This document shows positions 28,176 to 41,689 of a stretch of DNA of 64,000 bases, piece after piece. Under the pieces are notes generated by a model. That model had not been told where the DNA came from. It ran no database searches and worked only from the letters and a program-made list of their open reading frames with translations. The translations under genes were made by a program, and so were the position numbers. Within the stretch, counting starts at the first letter, position 1. The number at the start of each line of letters is the position of its first letter. The stretch comes from Malacoraja senta (Eukaryota), in NCBI GenBank assembly GCA_038087875.1, contig CM075989.1, positions 1,860,001 to 1,924,000 on the forward strand, read 5' to 3'.

Positions 28176-29109
28176 ATAACTTAGATCTTATAGAGATGTA
28201 TAAAATCATGAGAGGAATAGATCGACTAGATGCACAGAGTCTCTTGCCGAGAGTGGGAGAATTGAGGACCCGAGAACATAGGTTTAAGGTGAAGAGGGAA
28301 AGAATTTATAGGAATCTGAGTATTAACTTTTTCACAAAAAGGGTGATGGGTGTATGGAATGAGCTGCCGGAGGAGGTAGTTGAGGCAGGGACTATCTAAA
28401 GTTTTATGAAGCAATTAGACAGGTACATGGAGGGATATGGGCTGAGAAGTTGGACTGTTGGGACATGTTGGTTGGCGTTGGCAAGTTGGGCCTAAGGGCC
28501 TGTTTCTACACTGTATGACTAAGAAATATAAGTAGAGGTAGCCCATCCAACCCTTGGAGCCTGCTCTATTAAACTATTCACATACTCTGGGCAAGAGATT
28601 CTTGACATCTACCCGATCTAATCCTCTCATCATCTTATACACCTCTTTCACCTCCACACCGTTTCCCTGTCCAGTTCTCATAATCCACCGGAGGAAATCA
28701 GACTTCACAGGATGCTCAAACATCTAAACCCCCATCACTGCAGATCAAACATCCTCAAACTTTCTTCACTGGAAAGCCCTTCATCTGCTCAATCCAGGTG
28801 CAGAAATGAGGAATGAATTAGAAACTCTTGGAGTTTTGTTTGAGGACCCTGGAACTCCTGGGTGGCCTCTCCCAGTCTTTAGGAGCTACCTTCATGTTGT
28901 CCTTCATCCTGACATGTGCGTTATGCAAGGCATTTGTCATTTCCAAAGTCATATTGGATTTAAACAATCCCATTATGTAGCAGTCCAATCATCTTCTGTC
29001 ACTAGGATGGCACAGTAGAGCTACTGCCTTACAGCGCCACAGACCCGGGTTCCATCCTAACTACGCGTGCTGTCTGAACGGAGTTTGGATGTTATCCTCG
29101 TGACCTTGC

Positions 29110-29585
29110 ATAGATTTACGAGGATGTTGCCAGGACTAGATGGTCTGAGCTATTGGCAGAGGTTGAGTAGGCTGTGACTCTATTCCTTGGAGCACAGGAG
29201 GATGAGAGGGCATCTTATAGAGGTATATAAAATCATGAGAGGAATAGATCGGGTAGCTGCACGGAATTTCTTGCCCAGAGTAGGTGAATCGAGGACCAGA
29301 GGACATAGGTTTAAGGTGAAGGGGAAAAGATTGAATAGGAATCTGAGGGCTAACTTTTTCACACAAAGGGTGGTGGGTGTATGGGACAAGCTGCCAGAGG
29401 AGGTAGTTGAGGCTGGGACTGTCCCAACGTTTAAGAAACAGTTAGACAGGTACATGGATAGGGCAGGTTTGGAGGGATATGGACCAAATGCAAGCAGGTG
29501 GGACGAGTGTAACAGGGACAAGTTGGCCACTGTAGGCAAGTTTGGTGAAGGGCCTGTTTCCACGCTGTATCACTCTGACTCTATG
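29110..29585 (+). mobile_element. CR1 3' fragment
   Basis: ORF 29187..29651 carries RRMRGHLIEVYKIM...WDKLPEEVV. Confidence 0.85.
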
Positions 29586-30157
29586 ACCTGTGTGGATTTT
29601 CTCAGAGATCTTCGGTTGCCTCCCACACTGCAAAGACGTACAGGTTTGTAGGTTAATTGGCTTGGTATAATTGTAAATTATCCCTAGTGTGTGTCGGATA
29701 GTGTTAGTGTGCGGGCATTGCTGGTCGGTGTGGACTCGGTGGGCTGATGGGCCTGTTTCCATGCTGAATCTCTAAACTAAGCTAAACTATTGAGTAAAGG
29801 AAGGAAATGAAAGAATGAAAGCAGGGAGAGGTCGACCAACAACAGATACTTTATGTTCAAAGACCCTCAGCTTCTCTCATGGAAATGTGTTCATCGACCT
29901 CATCCTAAGTTAGGATTATTCATACAGTATTTATTAGCTGCGATAAATGCCTGTCTAAATGTGAAAGACTAGAGGGCATAGTTTGAAGGTCACAAGCGAA
30001 AGTTTAAATGAGATGTGTGGGGTTTTTACACAGTGGGTACTGGATGCTTGCAACACGCTGCAGAGGTGGTGTTTGAGAAGCTTTTAGATAGGCAGGGAAC
30101 TGACGGATATGGTTCATGAGTTGGCAGAGGAGATTTATTTAACTTAGCATCAGGTTA

Positions 30158-30445
30158 AGGGTGGCACGGTGTCACAGCGGTAGAGCTACTGCCTACAGCG
30201 CCGGAGACCCGGGTTCGTTCCTGACTACGGGCGCTGTCTGTATGGAGTTTGCACGTTCTCCCCATGACCTGCGTGGGTTTTCTCCGAGATCTTCGGTTTC
30301 TCCCCACACTCCAAAGACATACAAGTCTGTAGGTTACTTGGCTTGGTGTAAATGTAAAATTGTCCCTAGTGTGTGTAGGGTGGTGTTAATGTGCGGGGAT
30401 CGGAGGGCCGAAGGGCCTGTATTGCTAAACTAAACTGAACTAAAA
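30158..30445 (+). mobile_element. HE1-like V-SINE
   Basis: tRNA-like head GGCACGG...AGCGGTAGAG...GGGTTCG, V-domain-like core and (AAACT)n tail. Confidence 0.75.
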
Positions 30446-31887
30446 TTCATGTTGAACACAGACATTGTGGGTGGAAGGATCTGTTCCTGTGCTGCACTGG
30501 CTTTACCTTGCACTAAACATGATTCACATTAGTCCCTTTATCATGTATCTGTACACTATGAATGGCTCGATTGTAATCATGTATTGTCTTTTCTGGTTAG
30601 TACGCAACAAAAGATTTTCACTGTACCTCAGTACACATGACAATAAACTCAACTCCAACTGTTCTATTTTCTATGCAGTGTGGTCTGTCCAACACAATAC
30701 AACTAACCACTGACGTTCAATTCAGATCCAATATTTTAGCATTGCTGCAAGTATTACTAATGGTTACACATTGCCAAGGGCAAGCACTGTGGTTGCCCAG
30801 TACCAACATCATTGGAAGAAGCAATTTCCCTGTACAACTTCTCTGGGACATCAGTTTACACGACTTGCAAACAAAAGCTGAGAAATTCAATCATGTAGTG
30901 TCGTTCATGTTTTTTTATTGAGCTGAAGTGGAAAATCGACTGTACGTTTCCAGCATGCATCGTGCATAATGTAACCTGGAATGGTGCACCTTGGCAACGG
31001 GACGCTAGCATTCAGCAGAGGTATCAGGTAGCTCTGGAATGGCCTGCACTGTGACCCGGAGAACAGGGCATGATGGAAGGAAGTGACTCGTTCCCATGTT
31101 TCCCATTTCGGAATCAAGGGATATAGGGAGAAGGCAGGAACAGGGTACTGACTCTGGATGATCAACCATGATCATATTGAATGGCGGTGCTGGCTCGAAG
31201 GGCCAAATGGCCCATTCCTGTACCTATTTTCTATGATTCTATGATTCTATGATTCTTGTAATTTAGAAGGATCTGGGCCAAATATGTGCGGGTGGGAATA
31301 GCATAGTTGGGGCATCTTGGTCAGCATGGGCAAGATGGGCTGAAGGGCCTGCTTCCGTGCTGCATGATTCTATGGCACGTCCCACGTGCATCTTTGGTGG
31401 GGGGGCTGCTGCAGGTGACAACGATGGACTGGGCTCCAAGACACCAAAGAATGGTAGTTCCCAGCATTTTGTAGAGAGCTCTTGCTACTTTGTGGTGTGG
31501 TGGTGAAGGGGGATGAACTGCTCTGATCTATCACCACGGTTCCGCATTGCCTGCTACATTGTCCAAGTGAGCAACAGAAGAGTTACTCCACACATATCCA
31601 GACCGGTGCTCACCCACACCACGTCTACTATTGTTGAGGATCATGTACAGCTTTCAGATGTATCTAAGATAGACACAAAGTGGTGGAGTAACTAAGCGGG
31701 TCAGGAAGTATCTCTGGAGAGAAAGGATGGGTGACGTTTCGTGTCGGGACCCTTCTTCACTCTGAAAGTAAAGGGGAGGGAACTGGAGGTGAGAAAAGGC
31801 CAGAACAAAGCAGGGCCGGCAACAGAGGAGCCCAGAAGGGTGGAGGCCATTGTTGGCTGGAGAAGATGTATCTGTCTTAATAGGTGA

Positions 31888-32021
31888 AGGGCCTGTCCCA
31901 CTTGGGGGTCATTTGCGCATAATTTACGCGTCATCATTTACGCGTCATGATTTTGTGATGTACAAAATCTTCACGCGCCATCTGCGTGATGCGCAAATGG
32001 CGCCCAAGTCGGACAGGCCCT
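31888..32021. mobile_element. Harbinger-type MITE
   Basis: AGGGCCTGTCCCACTT...AAGTCGGACAGGCCCT TIRs with TGA/TAA flanks. Confidence 0.7.
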
Positions 32022-32214
32022 TAACTCACCGCTCAAGTCCACCTGACACCTGGGCTGTGGACTGCGCATGGTACCTGATCCTGACATTCCTGCCAACAAT
32101 TCCACTGCAGGATAGGAACTCGCTTTGTTTATTTCACAGTCATCGTGGGTCTGAAAGCCGCAACTGCTACTTCTCACATGTAGGTTTGAAAACCAGAAAC
32201 GTAACCCTGGTACC

Positions 32215-34028
32215 CCCTCCCCAACCAACACAGCCAGACCCCAGACTACAAAGAATGGACCCTGCACCCTCTCCTTCCCATTCAGCACTTCACACCTACT
32301 TAAGGCAAGACTCCAGTATGAAAAGACTGGACCATTTCCCACCCCAACCAACACTTCACACCCACTCACAGCCTGACCTCAGTCTGCAAAGACTGGGCCT
32401 TTCTACACCCACCCCCCTCCAATCACCACTTCACACCCAATCACCCACACCCTCTGTGCTGCACAACAGAACTTATCTAATATCAACAATAAATCTCCAG
32501 GACCTGACAATGTTTCCCCCTTTACTCTTAAGCTCTGTGCCAAACAGCTGGCACTGGTCTATACAGACATTTTTAACCAGTCCGTGCCAACATGTACTGT
32601 CCCTGCCTGCTTCAAAGTCTCCACTATTGTCCCTGTACCCCAAAAGGCAAGGATTACTTGTCTTAATGACTACAGGCCTGTCGCACTGACCTCTGTAGTC
32701 ATGAAGACACTCAAAAGGCTTGTGCTGGTCAAGCTGAAAAATATCACAAACTCCCTGCTAGACCCTCTGCAGTTTGCATATCGGGCCAATAGATCTGTGG
32801 ATGATTCAGTCAACCTGGGCCTGCTCTTCATCCTACAGCACCTAGACCGCCAGGGGACCTATGCGAGGATCCTGTTTGTTGATTTTAGCTCTGCATTCAA
32901 CACCATTGTGCCAGAGCTACTGCACTCCAAACTTTCCGAGTTGACTGTGCCTGAACCACTCTGTCAGTGGCAGGGAACTGACAGACAGGAAGCAGCATGT
33001 GAGGGTGGGAAAGCACATCTCGGACCCGCAGACCCTCAGCATAGGAGCACCGCAAGGCTGCGTACTCTCCCCTCTCCTCTACTCTCTCTACACCAACGAC
33101 TGCACCTCCACAGACACCTCTGTCAAGCTTCTCAAGTTTGCGGACGACTCAACCCTGATTGGACTGATCCAGGATGGGGAGGAATCTGCCTACAGACAGG
33201 AAGTGACACAGCTGGCGTACTGGTGCCGTAGCAACAACCTAGAGCGCAATGCGCTTAAGACAGTGGAATTGATTGTAGACTTTAGGAGAGCTCCCCCTCC
33301 CCTCACCCCACTCACCATCAACAACACCACAGTCACATCTGTGGAGTCTTTTAAGTTCCTGGGAACCATCATCTCCAAGGACCTTAAGTGGGGGGCTACC
33401 ATCGACTCCACAGTCAAAAAGGCACAACAGAGGATGTACTTCCTGTGGCAGCTGAGGAAGCACAATCTGCCACAGGCAATGATGGTCCAATTCTACACGG
33501 CCATCGTAGAGTCTGTTCTCACCTTCTCCATCATGGTCTGGTTTGGCTCAGCCACCAAGCACGACACCTGGAGGCTGCAGCGAATCGTCCGATCAGCAGA
33601 GAAGGTTATTGGCTGCAACCTTCCCTCCATTGATGAACTGTACACTGCAAGGGCCAGGAAGCGAGCGGGCAAGATCATCTCTGACCCCTCTCACCCTGGC
33701 AATAAACTATTTGAATCACTTCCCTCTGGAAGGCGACTCCGGATTGTCAAAGCTGCCACAGCCAGACATAAAAACAGTTTTTATCCACGAGTAGTTGCTC
33801 TACTCAACAGCCAAAAATCTGTAGCCTCCCTTTGATCTGGTATTTTGTTGGTTCACATGCTTGATCAATGGTGTTTTATCATTAATGTTTTATTATTATT
33901 AATGTTTAGTGTTTACTGAGTCATTCGAAACTGTCACTGTATGTCATGTTGTTACTTGTGGGCGGAGCACCAAGGCAAATTCCTTGTATGTGAATACTTG
34001 GCCAATAAACTTACTTACTTACTTACTT
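32215..34028 (+). mobile_element. Rex1/Babar-clade LINE, RT domain to 3' end, lightly degraded
   Basis: NDYRPVALTS, DPLQFAYR, LFVDFSSAFNTI, GAPQGCVLSPLL, KFADD and KKAQQRMYFL motifs. Few frameshifts. (ACTT)n tail. Confidence 0.92.
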
Positions 34029-34039
34029 TGTAACGATCC

Positions 34040-34510
34040 AAGAAAGATTTATGAGGATGTTGCCAGGACCAGAGGGTGTGAGCTATAGGGAGAGGTTGAG
34101 TGGGCTGGGTCTTTATTCCTTGGAGTGCAGGAGGATGAGGGGTGATCTTATAGAGGTACATAAAATCTAGATCGGGTAGATGCACAGAATCTCTTGCCCA
34201 GAGTAGGGGAATCGAAGACCAGAGGACATAGGTTCAAGGTGAAGGGGAAACGATTTAATAGGAATCTGAGGGGTAACTTTTTCACACAAAGGGTGGCGGG
34301 TGTATGGAACAAGCTGCCAGAGGAGGTAGTTGAGCCTGGGACTATCCCAACATTTAAGAAACAGTTAGACAGGTACATGGATAGGACAGGTTTGGAGGGA
34401 TATGGAACAAACACAGGCAGGTGGGACTAGTGTAGCTGGGACATGTTGGCTCATGTGGGCAAGTTGGGCTGAAGGCACTGTTTCCACATTGTATCACTCT
34501 CTCACTCTAA
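34040..34510 (+). mobile_element. CR1 3' fragment
   Basis: ORF 34194..34430 is the CR1 ORF2 C-terminus. Confidence 0.8.
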
Positions 34511-36804
34511 AACCTAATTGTCATTGTAACATCATCCTTCACAACCTATAGCCGACAAAGTATTTTGGAAGTGTGCTTATTATTGTAATTTAAAGATGCA
34601 GCATTGAACCAGACACTTTGTCCCACCCACCCACTCACTGATCTGTGTTCTATGTTATTCCACTTTCTCATCTACTCTTTACACACTAGGGGCAATTTAC
34701 AGAGGGCAATTAACCTACAAAGCCGCATGTCTTTGGGATGTGGGAGGAAACCGGAGCACCCGGCGGAAACCCACACAGTCACATGATGAATGTACAAACT
34801 CCACGCAGACAGCACCCGAGGTCAGGGTTAAACCCGGGTCTACGGTGCTCCGGGGCTGCAGCTCTACCCCAGCGCCACTGTGCCATAACATTGGGAGCAT
34901 GGCAGTTAATATACAGACAGCAAACTGATGTTGACGTGTTATAATGGGGCCAATACGTACAATATTTCAGCGTAGAGAGCTGCCATCTCACCTTTATTCT
35001 GTGGAGTTGCTCTCCCTTCTATTAATTGTGTTGTTATATCTGGGCCACAGCAGGCTATGTTATATTTGCTCAGAGTATGTTGCTGCATTAATAGGAATGA
35101 AATAAATCAGATAGTTCAGACTTTTCTTTTGGTTAGTCATGTTGGTTAATAGAAACTTTGGAAAAGTAATTCCATGCCCTATCTACTTTTGATTTGAGCG
35201 TTCCTCTTTGTTACCTCCGCTGGATGATAGAATGATTCTGTGTCACTGAGAGCTCTCAAGCAGAGAGCTGCCATCACATGGAATTTGCACTCTCTCTCTT
35301 CATTACCACAGACGATTTGTTGGCCGAATAAAGCAACTCTGTGTAACTAGCAGGGATGTTCCCAGATTGCACCAGCTATTTTCCGTTGTATTAAGTCGGG
35401 GCAGCACGATGGCGCAGCAGTTGAGTTGCTGCCTTACAGCGCCAGAGACCCGGGTTTGATCCTGACTAAGGGTGTAAGAAGGAACTGCAGATGCTGGTTT
35501 AAACTGAAGATAGGCACATAAAGCTGGAGTAACTCAGCAGGACAGGCAGCATCTCTGGAGAGAAGGAATGGGTGATTTGTCGGGTTGAGATGTCCGTACA
35601 GTGCTTGTACATTCACCCCGGGACCACGTGGGTTTTCTCCGGGTGCTCCGGTTTCCTCCCAAACTCCAAAGACATAAAGGTTTATAGAGGCTGATTGGCT
35701 TAGGTAAAAATTGTAAATTGTCCCTAGTGTAGTGCACAGGGATCACTGGTTGGCATGGACTCGGTGTCACTTCTTAGACTTGCATTTGTATAGCACCTTA
35801 TCACATGAAGAACATCTCGCATTTAACATTAATTATTCCGAACAGGAGAGATTGTCTTTCCACAGACGTGATGGCTTTTCTCCAAGGATGTCGCATCAAT
35901 AACCATTTAATCTGGTGCCGTTGGCTGTATGAGTAATGTTTCCCAGACAACTCACAAAAATACTTGCTCTTAACACTCTGGAATCTTTATCATCCACCTA
36001 TCTGTTGATCAGTTCAATAGGGCTGTTAGACGGAACCAAGCAATTTCTTTATTTCATGCAGCACTTACGCTGAAATCAATGTGCCTTTAGAAGCTTTCCT
36101 GGAGCTCGACCTCCTGTTCATTTCTCTGCACTCCTCCGAAATTATTTTAGATGAAACCTAACAATTTTTTCTGTTAACCAACCGTACATAGTCCTGATCA
36201 AACCATACTTCATAATCAAACCACAAAATCTTCCAATTAGCATTTAATTTTCTGTGAAATTGTCTGCAGAGAACGGAGGAATATAAAATGGATTGAGCAG
36301 AGAGTGGCGAGGCAGAGTTTGCTTGATTCACATCGACTCTCACAACCTCTAGTGGCCTGGATTGGAGAAGGAGGAAGGTACTTAGAATAATGACCAGGTT
36401 TGATGTGATGGATACCGTTTCTTCAGGTGCGGGGGGGGGTCTGCAACATGGTGCCATCATCACAAAAGTGTTTTAGCGGAGCAATTACATTTACACACCC
36501 AACTGGTTACAGAACTCTGAATCCTATTCCCTGAAAGGTTCTGCACATGCAAAAGGTGAACTTTGCCAAAGTGCATGGCCGCGCACTTTGCTACGCTGTA
36601 TTTCATCTGCCACTTCTTTACCCACTCTCCCAACCTGCCCAAGTCCTTCTGCAGCCTCCCTGCTTCCTCAGCAAGACCTGCCCCTGCACCTGCAAACTGG
36701 GCCACAAAGCCCACAAAGCCATCAACCAGATCATTAACATATGATGTTGCTGACCCAACACCACTATTCACCCATATTGTTATTTGCAGTGTAGATATTA
36801 AGGG

Positions 36805-37105
36805 ATTTAGTTCAGTTCAGCGATACAGTGCAGAAACAGGCCCTTCGGCCCACCGTGTCCCCACCGACCAGTGATCCTTGCACATTCATACTATCCAGCA
36901 CACACTAGGGACAATTTACATTGTCCCAAGCCAATTAACTGCACGTCTTTGGAGCGTGGGAGGAAACCGAAGATCTCGGAGAAAACCCACATGGTCACGG
37001 GGAGAACATACAAACTCCGTACAGACAGCACCCATAGTCAGGATCGAACCCACATTTCCGGCACTGCAAGCGCTGTAAGGCAGCAACTTTACCACTGCGC
37101 CACAT
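36805..37105 (-). mobile_element. HE1-like V-SINE
   Basis: Full head-to-tail copy on the minus strand. Confidence 0.75.
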
Positions 37106-38299
37106 GGGATGTGAAACAAATGTGGGTAAATTCAAGCTATTGACCAGCCTTGATCTACCTGAATGGTCGGCTCGACCACAGGGCTGATGTTCCTGACCAC
37201 ACTGCCACATGCTCATGGGTATCCCGTGTTTCAAAGGGAAACAAGTTGAACACAGAAGTTTGACACAAGATGCCCTGTTTCTGTATGATTTTCCCAACCT
37301 GGTGATGCAAACATTGGAATAGAAAGAAAAATGGAGGAATGGTTGTGAAAGTCCCGGCCATGATAAGAAGAGGTTGCCCACAGTTACAGTGCATCGTTTG
37401 GGGAGGTGCTGCAGACGGGACGAAGGTGGTGATGAGGATTGATCAAGGGAGAAAGGCAGGAGAGGAGGAAAAGAATACACACTGGACAGGTTAACATACA
37501 CTTACACCGGTAATTGGCTGTCCCATACAATATAGGCCGAGGATGCCTGTTTCCTGATCTGTGCGCACAACATAAAAGTATTGAGTCTAATAGAATATAG
37601 AACCGTTCAGCACAGGAACAGGCCCTTCGGCCCACAATGTACCTGCTGAACATGACGCTGAGTTAAACCTATCTCCTCTGTCTGGACATGATACATATTT
37701 TTCCATTCCCTGCGTTTCCCTGTGCCTATCGAAAACCCTCCTGAATGCCACTATCGTATCTGCTTCCACTACCACCCCTGACAGTGCGTTCCAGGTCCCC
37801 ACCACTCTCTGTGTCAAAAAACTTGCACCGAAGACGGACACAAAATGCTGGATGTAACTCAGCGGGACAGGCAGCATCAGAAGAAGGGTCCCGACACGAA
37901 ACCTCACCCATTCCTTCTCTCCAGAGATGCTGCCTGTCCCGCTGAGGTCCTCCAGCATTTATCTATACCCTCACATCAATCTTTCCCCTCTCACCTTGTC
38001 CTTGATTATTTAATGCTGGAGAAAAAGGCTTCTCATCCTCTATTTTTTTTTGTGTTTTTGGAAGGAATTCTGTCCCTGATTTATGCATTGGTCTTTATAA
38101 CCTATTTTTTTTTAATTCTGATTATATGTTTTGTATAAATCTCTGTATGGTGTCCTTGAGACCTCGGTATAAGGCGCCCGTAAATAAAATCCATTATTAT
38201 TATTATTATTATTATTCTCACCCTGAGCCGAGTAACATGAGGAATCCCAGAGTCACCCATCAGCCAAGGTGACTCTGGGGTTCCTCATGCCAAGCAAGC

Positions 38300-38452
38300 C
38301 CCGCCCACACCTGGCCCCTCCCACACCTGGCCCCTCCCACACCTGGCACCTCCCACATCTAGCCACGCCCACACCGGGCACCTCCCATGTCTAGCCACGC
38401 CCACACCGGGCACCTCCCACGCATGGCCCCTCCCACACATGGCCCCACCCAC
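38300..38452. repeat. C-rich minisatellite (CCCACACCTGGCCCCT-like ~16-bp unit)
   Basis: About 9 degenerate copies visible. Confidence 0.75.
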
Positions 38453-38471
38453 AACAAAACCCGCCCAGAGC

Positions 38472-39095
38472 AGGGTGGCACGGTGGTGCAGCGGTAGAGT
38501 TGCCGCCTTACAGCGCCAGAGACCTGGGTTCGATCCCGACTACAGGTGCTGTCTCAGACAGCCTGTCTGTACGGAGTTTGTATGTTCTCCATGAGATCTT
38601 CGGTTTCCTCCCAAACTCCAAACACGTACAGGTTTGTCGGTAATTTGGCTTGGAGTAAATGTAACAATTGTCCCTATTGTGTGTTGGATAGTATTAATGT
38701 GTGGGGATCGTTGGTCGGCGCAGGCTCGTTGGGCCGAAGGGCCTGTTTCTGTGCTATATCTCAAAGCGAAACTAAAAACAAAATGCAGAATATTTACCAC
38801 TTGGGTTAGGTTTGAGATACAGCATGGAAATGGGCCCTACAGCCCACCAAGACCTTGCTGACCAATCATTACCCATTCACACTAGTTCCATATTGTCCCA
38901 CTTTCACATCCACTCCCCACATACCAGAGGCAATTTACACAGGGCCAATTAACCTACACACCCACACGTCTTTGGGATGTGGGAGGAAACCAGAGCCTGC
39001 GCAGGAAGCCCATGTGGTGAACTGCATGTAGACAGCTCCTAAGGTCATGTCCCTGGCTCTATGAGGCAGTGGCTCTACCAGCTCTGCCACCGTGC
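38472..39095. mobile_element. Two HE1-like SINEs tail-to-tail (38472-38775 plus, 38805-39095 minus)
   Basis: GGTGGCACGGTGGTGCAGCGG...GGGTTCGATCCC head on plus. The second copy ends CCACCGTGCCA on plus. Confidence 0.7.
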
Positions 39096-39165
39096 CATCA
39101 GTACCAGCAATTCCAATCAGAGTGGTGTGTCTTCCATTGCGTGTGTGGTCTATTGTGTACATTGT

Positions 39166-39513
39166 GGACGACAGATGGCGCAATGGGCTAAGTGTTCGGC
39201 TGGCAACCGGAAGGTAGCCGGTTCGAATCCCGCTTGGAGTGCATACTGTCGTAGTGTCCTTGGGCAAGACACTTCACCCACCTTTGCCTGCGTGTGAATG
39301 TGTGTGAATGTGTGTGAGTGATTGGTGGTGGTCGGAGGGGCCGTAGGCGCAGATTAGCAGCCACGCTTCCGTCAGTCTGCCCCAGGGCAGCTGTGGCTAC
39401 AGAAGTAGCTCACCACCACCGAGTGTGACTGAGGAGTGAATGAATAATGCGATGTAAAGCGCCTTGAGTATTAGAAAGGCGCTATATAAATCCAATCCAT
39501 TATTATTATTATT
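39166..39513 (+). mobile_element. Intact tRNA-derived SINE with CORE-like domain and L2-type tail (distinct from HE1)
   Basis: A box TGGCGCAATGG at 39176, B box GGTTCGAATCC at 39220, GTGTCCTTGGGCAAGACACTTCACCC core, and TGTAAAGCGCCTTGAG...GCGCTATATAAAT plus (ATT)n. Candidate TSD ATTGT at 39161-39165 and 39514-39518. Confidence 0.85.
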
Positions 39514-39721
39514 ATTGTCCATTCTCTATTGGTACATGTCAGCCAGTCGCCTTTGACCTTTGTGTAGGAAGGAACTGCAGGTGCTGGTTGACACAGAAGA
39601 TCTGCAGTTCCAAAATGCTGGAGTAGCTCAGCGGGTCAGGCAGCATCTTCTGGAGAAAAGGAATAGGTGACATTTTGGGTCGAGGCCCTTCTTCAGCCAG
39701 CCACCTTTTACTTCTCACTTA

Positions 39722-39905
39722 ATGGCCTGTCCCACTTGGCCATCATTTGCGCGTCACGCAGGTGGCGCATGAAGATTTTGTGAATCTCAAAATCCTGGGG
39801 CGCCGCGCGTGACTGCCTACGCCACCACGCCTCGCCATGCGCCATGCGCATCACGACGATGCCGCATGAATGACGTGCAAATGACGCCCAAGTGGGACAT
39901 GCCCT
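39722..39905. mobile_element. Harbinger-type MITE
   Basis: TGGCCTGTCCCACTTGGC...GCCCAAGTGGGACATGCCCT TIRs. Interior related to 31888-32021. Confidence 0.7.
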
Positions 39906-41689
39906 TATCTCTCCTCACTCCCTGCCCTGTAAACAGCCGGCATGTTTATTTATTTCTCACCTGACAGCCAATACCAGGAGGGAGTGACTCACTACCGCCT
40001 GCTTTCCACTGGCTGGAGACACTGTAATTTGTGGCCATTGTTTCCCAGTGACACCTGCATGGGCCGCTGAGCTGGTGATCTAGTGGCTTCTAAGCAACTG
40101 GATCAGTGAAGTACAGCAGCAACACAAAACACTCAGCACAGCTGAAATCCCTAAAGGAAGGCTGTTTTAAATTAAAGAGGCTGTTCCTGCACATCGGTCA
40201 CCTTTATGGTTGAATATATCCTCCGAACACAATAAGCAATGAAACGTCGACCTTTTGCACTGCACCACAAGCTGGGGAGAGAATGGATTGGGTTGATAAG
40301 AATGTATATGGGATTGTTATTTTCCTTTCTGGAGACTCAGCACATTCCCACCATGTTTCATAGCTCTCACTTGCTTCAGGTGACTGCAAATATTGACTAA
40401 TTACTCAAAGCCATTGCAACTTATCCCAGCAATTATAAAATTCAGGGAAGATAGACACAAAAAGCTGGAGTAACTCAGCAGGCCAGGCAGCATCTCTGGA
40501 GAGGAGGAACAGGTGACCTTTCGGGTTGAGACCCTTATTCAGAATAATATTCAGGGAGTCCTTCCCTTCCCAATGCACCATTCCATGAAAAGACACAAAG
40601 GAACTCAGGCAGCATTCCTGGAGAACATGGATAGGTGACGTTTTGAGTCAGGACCTTTCTTCAGCCTCTTGAAATCTTCACTTTTTTCCAGAGACCTGAA
40701 TGAGGTGGTGTCAGTGTGGAGTTTCCACTTTCTCCCCGTGACCCTGTCGGTTTCCAACGGGTGCTCCGGTTTCCCCCAACATCCCCAACAATTTGGACTC
40801 GCCCAAAAAAATGTTCCCAATGTGGGGCGAGTCCAGAACCAGGGGCCACAGTCTTAGAATAAAGGGGAGGTCATTTAAGACTGAGGTGAGAAAAAACGTT
40901 TTCACCCAGAGAGTTGTGAATTTATGGAATTCCCTGCCACAGAGGGCAGTGGAGGCCAAATCACAGGATGGATTTAAGAGAGAGTTAGATAGAGCTCTAG
41001 GGCTAGTGGAATCAAGGGATATGGGGAGAAGGCAGGCACGGGTTATTGATAGGGGACGATCAGCCATGATCACAATGAATGGCGGTGCTGGCTCGAAGGG
41101 CTGAATGGCCTCCTCCACCTATTTTCTATGTTTCTATGTTTCTATCCCAAAGACATGCGTATATCGCTCCAAGTGTGGATGAGAAAGTGGGATGACATGG
41201 GACTAGTATGGATAGTATTAACTTGGTGGCCTGAAGAGCCTGGTTCCATGCTGTATGCCTACAATAAAACTAACTAAACTAAACAGAAAAATGATACACC
41301 AATGTGTAGGAATGAACTGCAGATGCTAGTTTAAACCATGGATAGACACAAAATGCTGGAGTAACTTAGCAGGTCAGGCAGCATCTCTTCAGACTACTTC
41401 AGACATCTTCCTCTCCTCTGAATCTCAGCCTGAAGAAGGGTCTCGACCCAAAACGTCATCTATTCCTTCTCTCCAGAGATGCTGCCTGTCCCGCTGAGTA
41501 ACTCCAATATTTTGTGTCTATCCTCTATTTAAAGGATATGCCAAATTGCGAGCTGCAGTGACCCCTGAGAGTGATACTGGGCTGACACTCAAATGGCTTT
41601 CATTCACTTCATTGTTAATTTATAAATTTGTAAGATCGTAATTTATAATAATCACAGTGTTAAAATGAAATGGGCGGATCAATGGCAAA

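Noticed and set aside
39166..39240. tRNA gene
   Set aside because: A and B boxes are present, but the sequence runs into a SINE body and tail with no complete cloverleaf acceptor stem. The same applies to the HE1 heads.
40320..40375. Minus-strand ATGAAACATGGT (MKHG) as the missing upstream Trk exon
   Set aside because: The context reads RAMKHGGNVLSL, not FEYMKHGDLNKFL, so this is a chance match.
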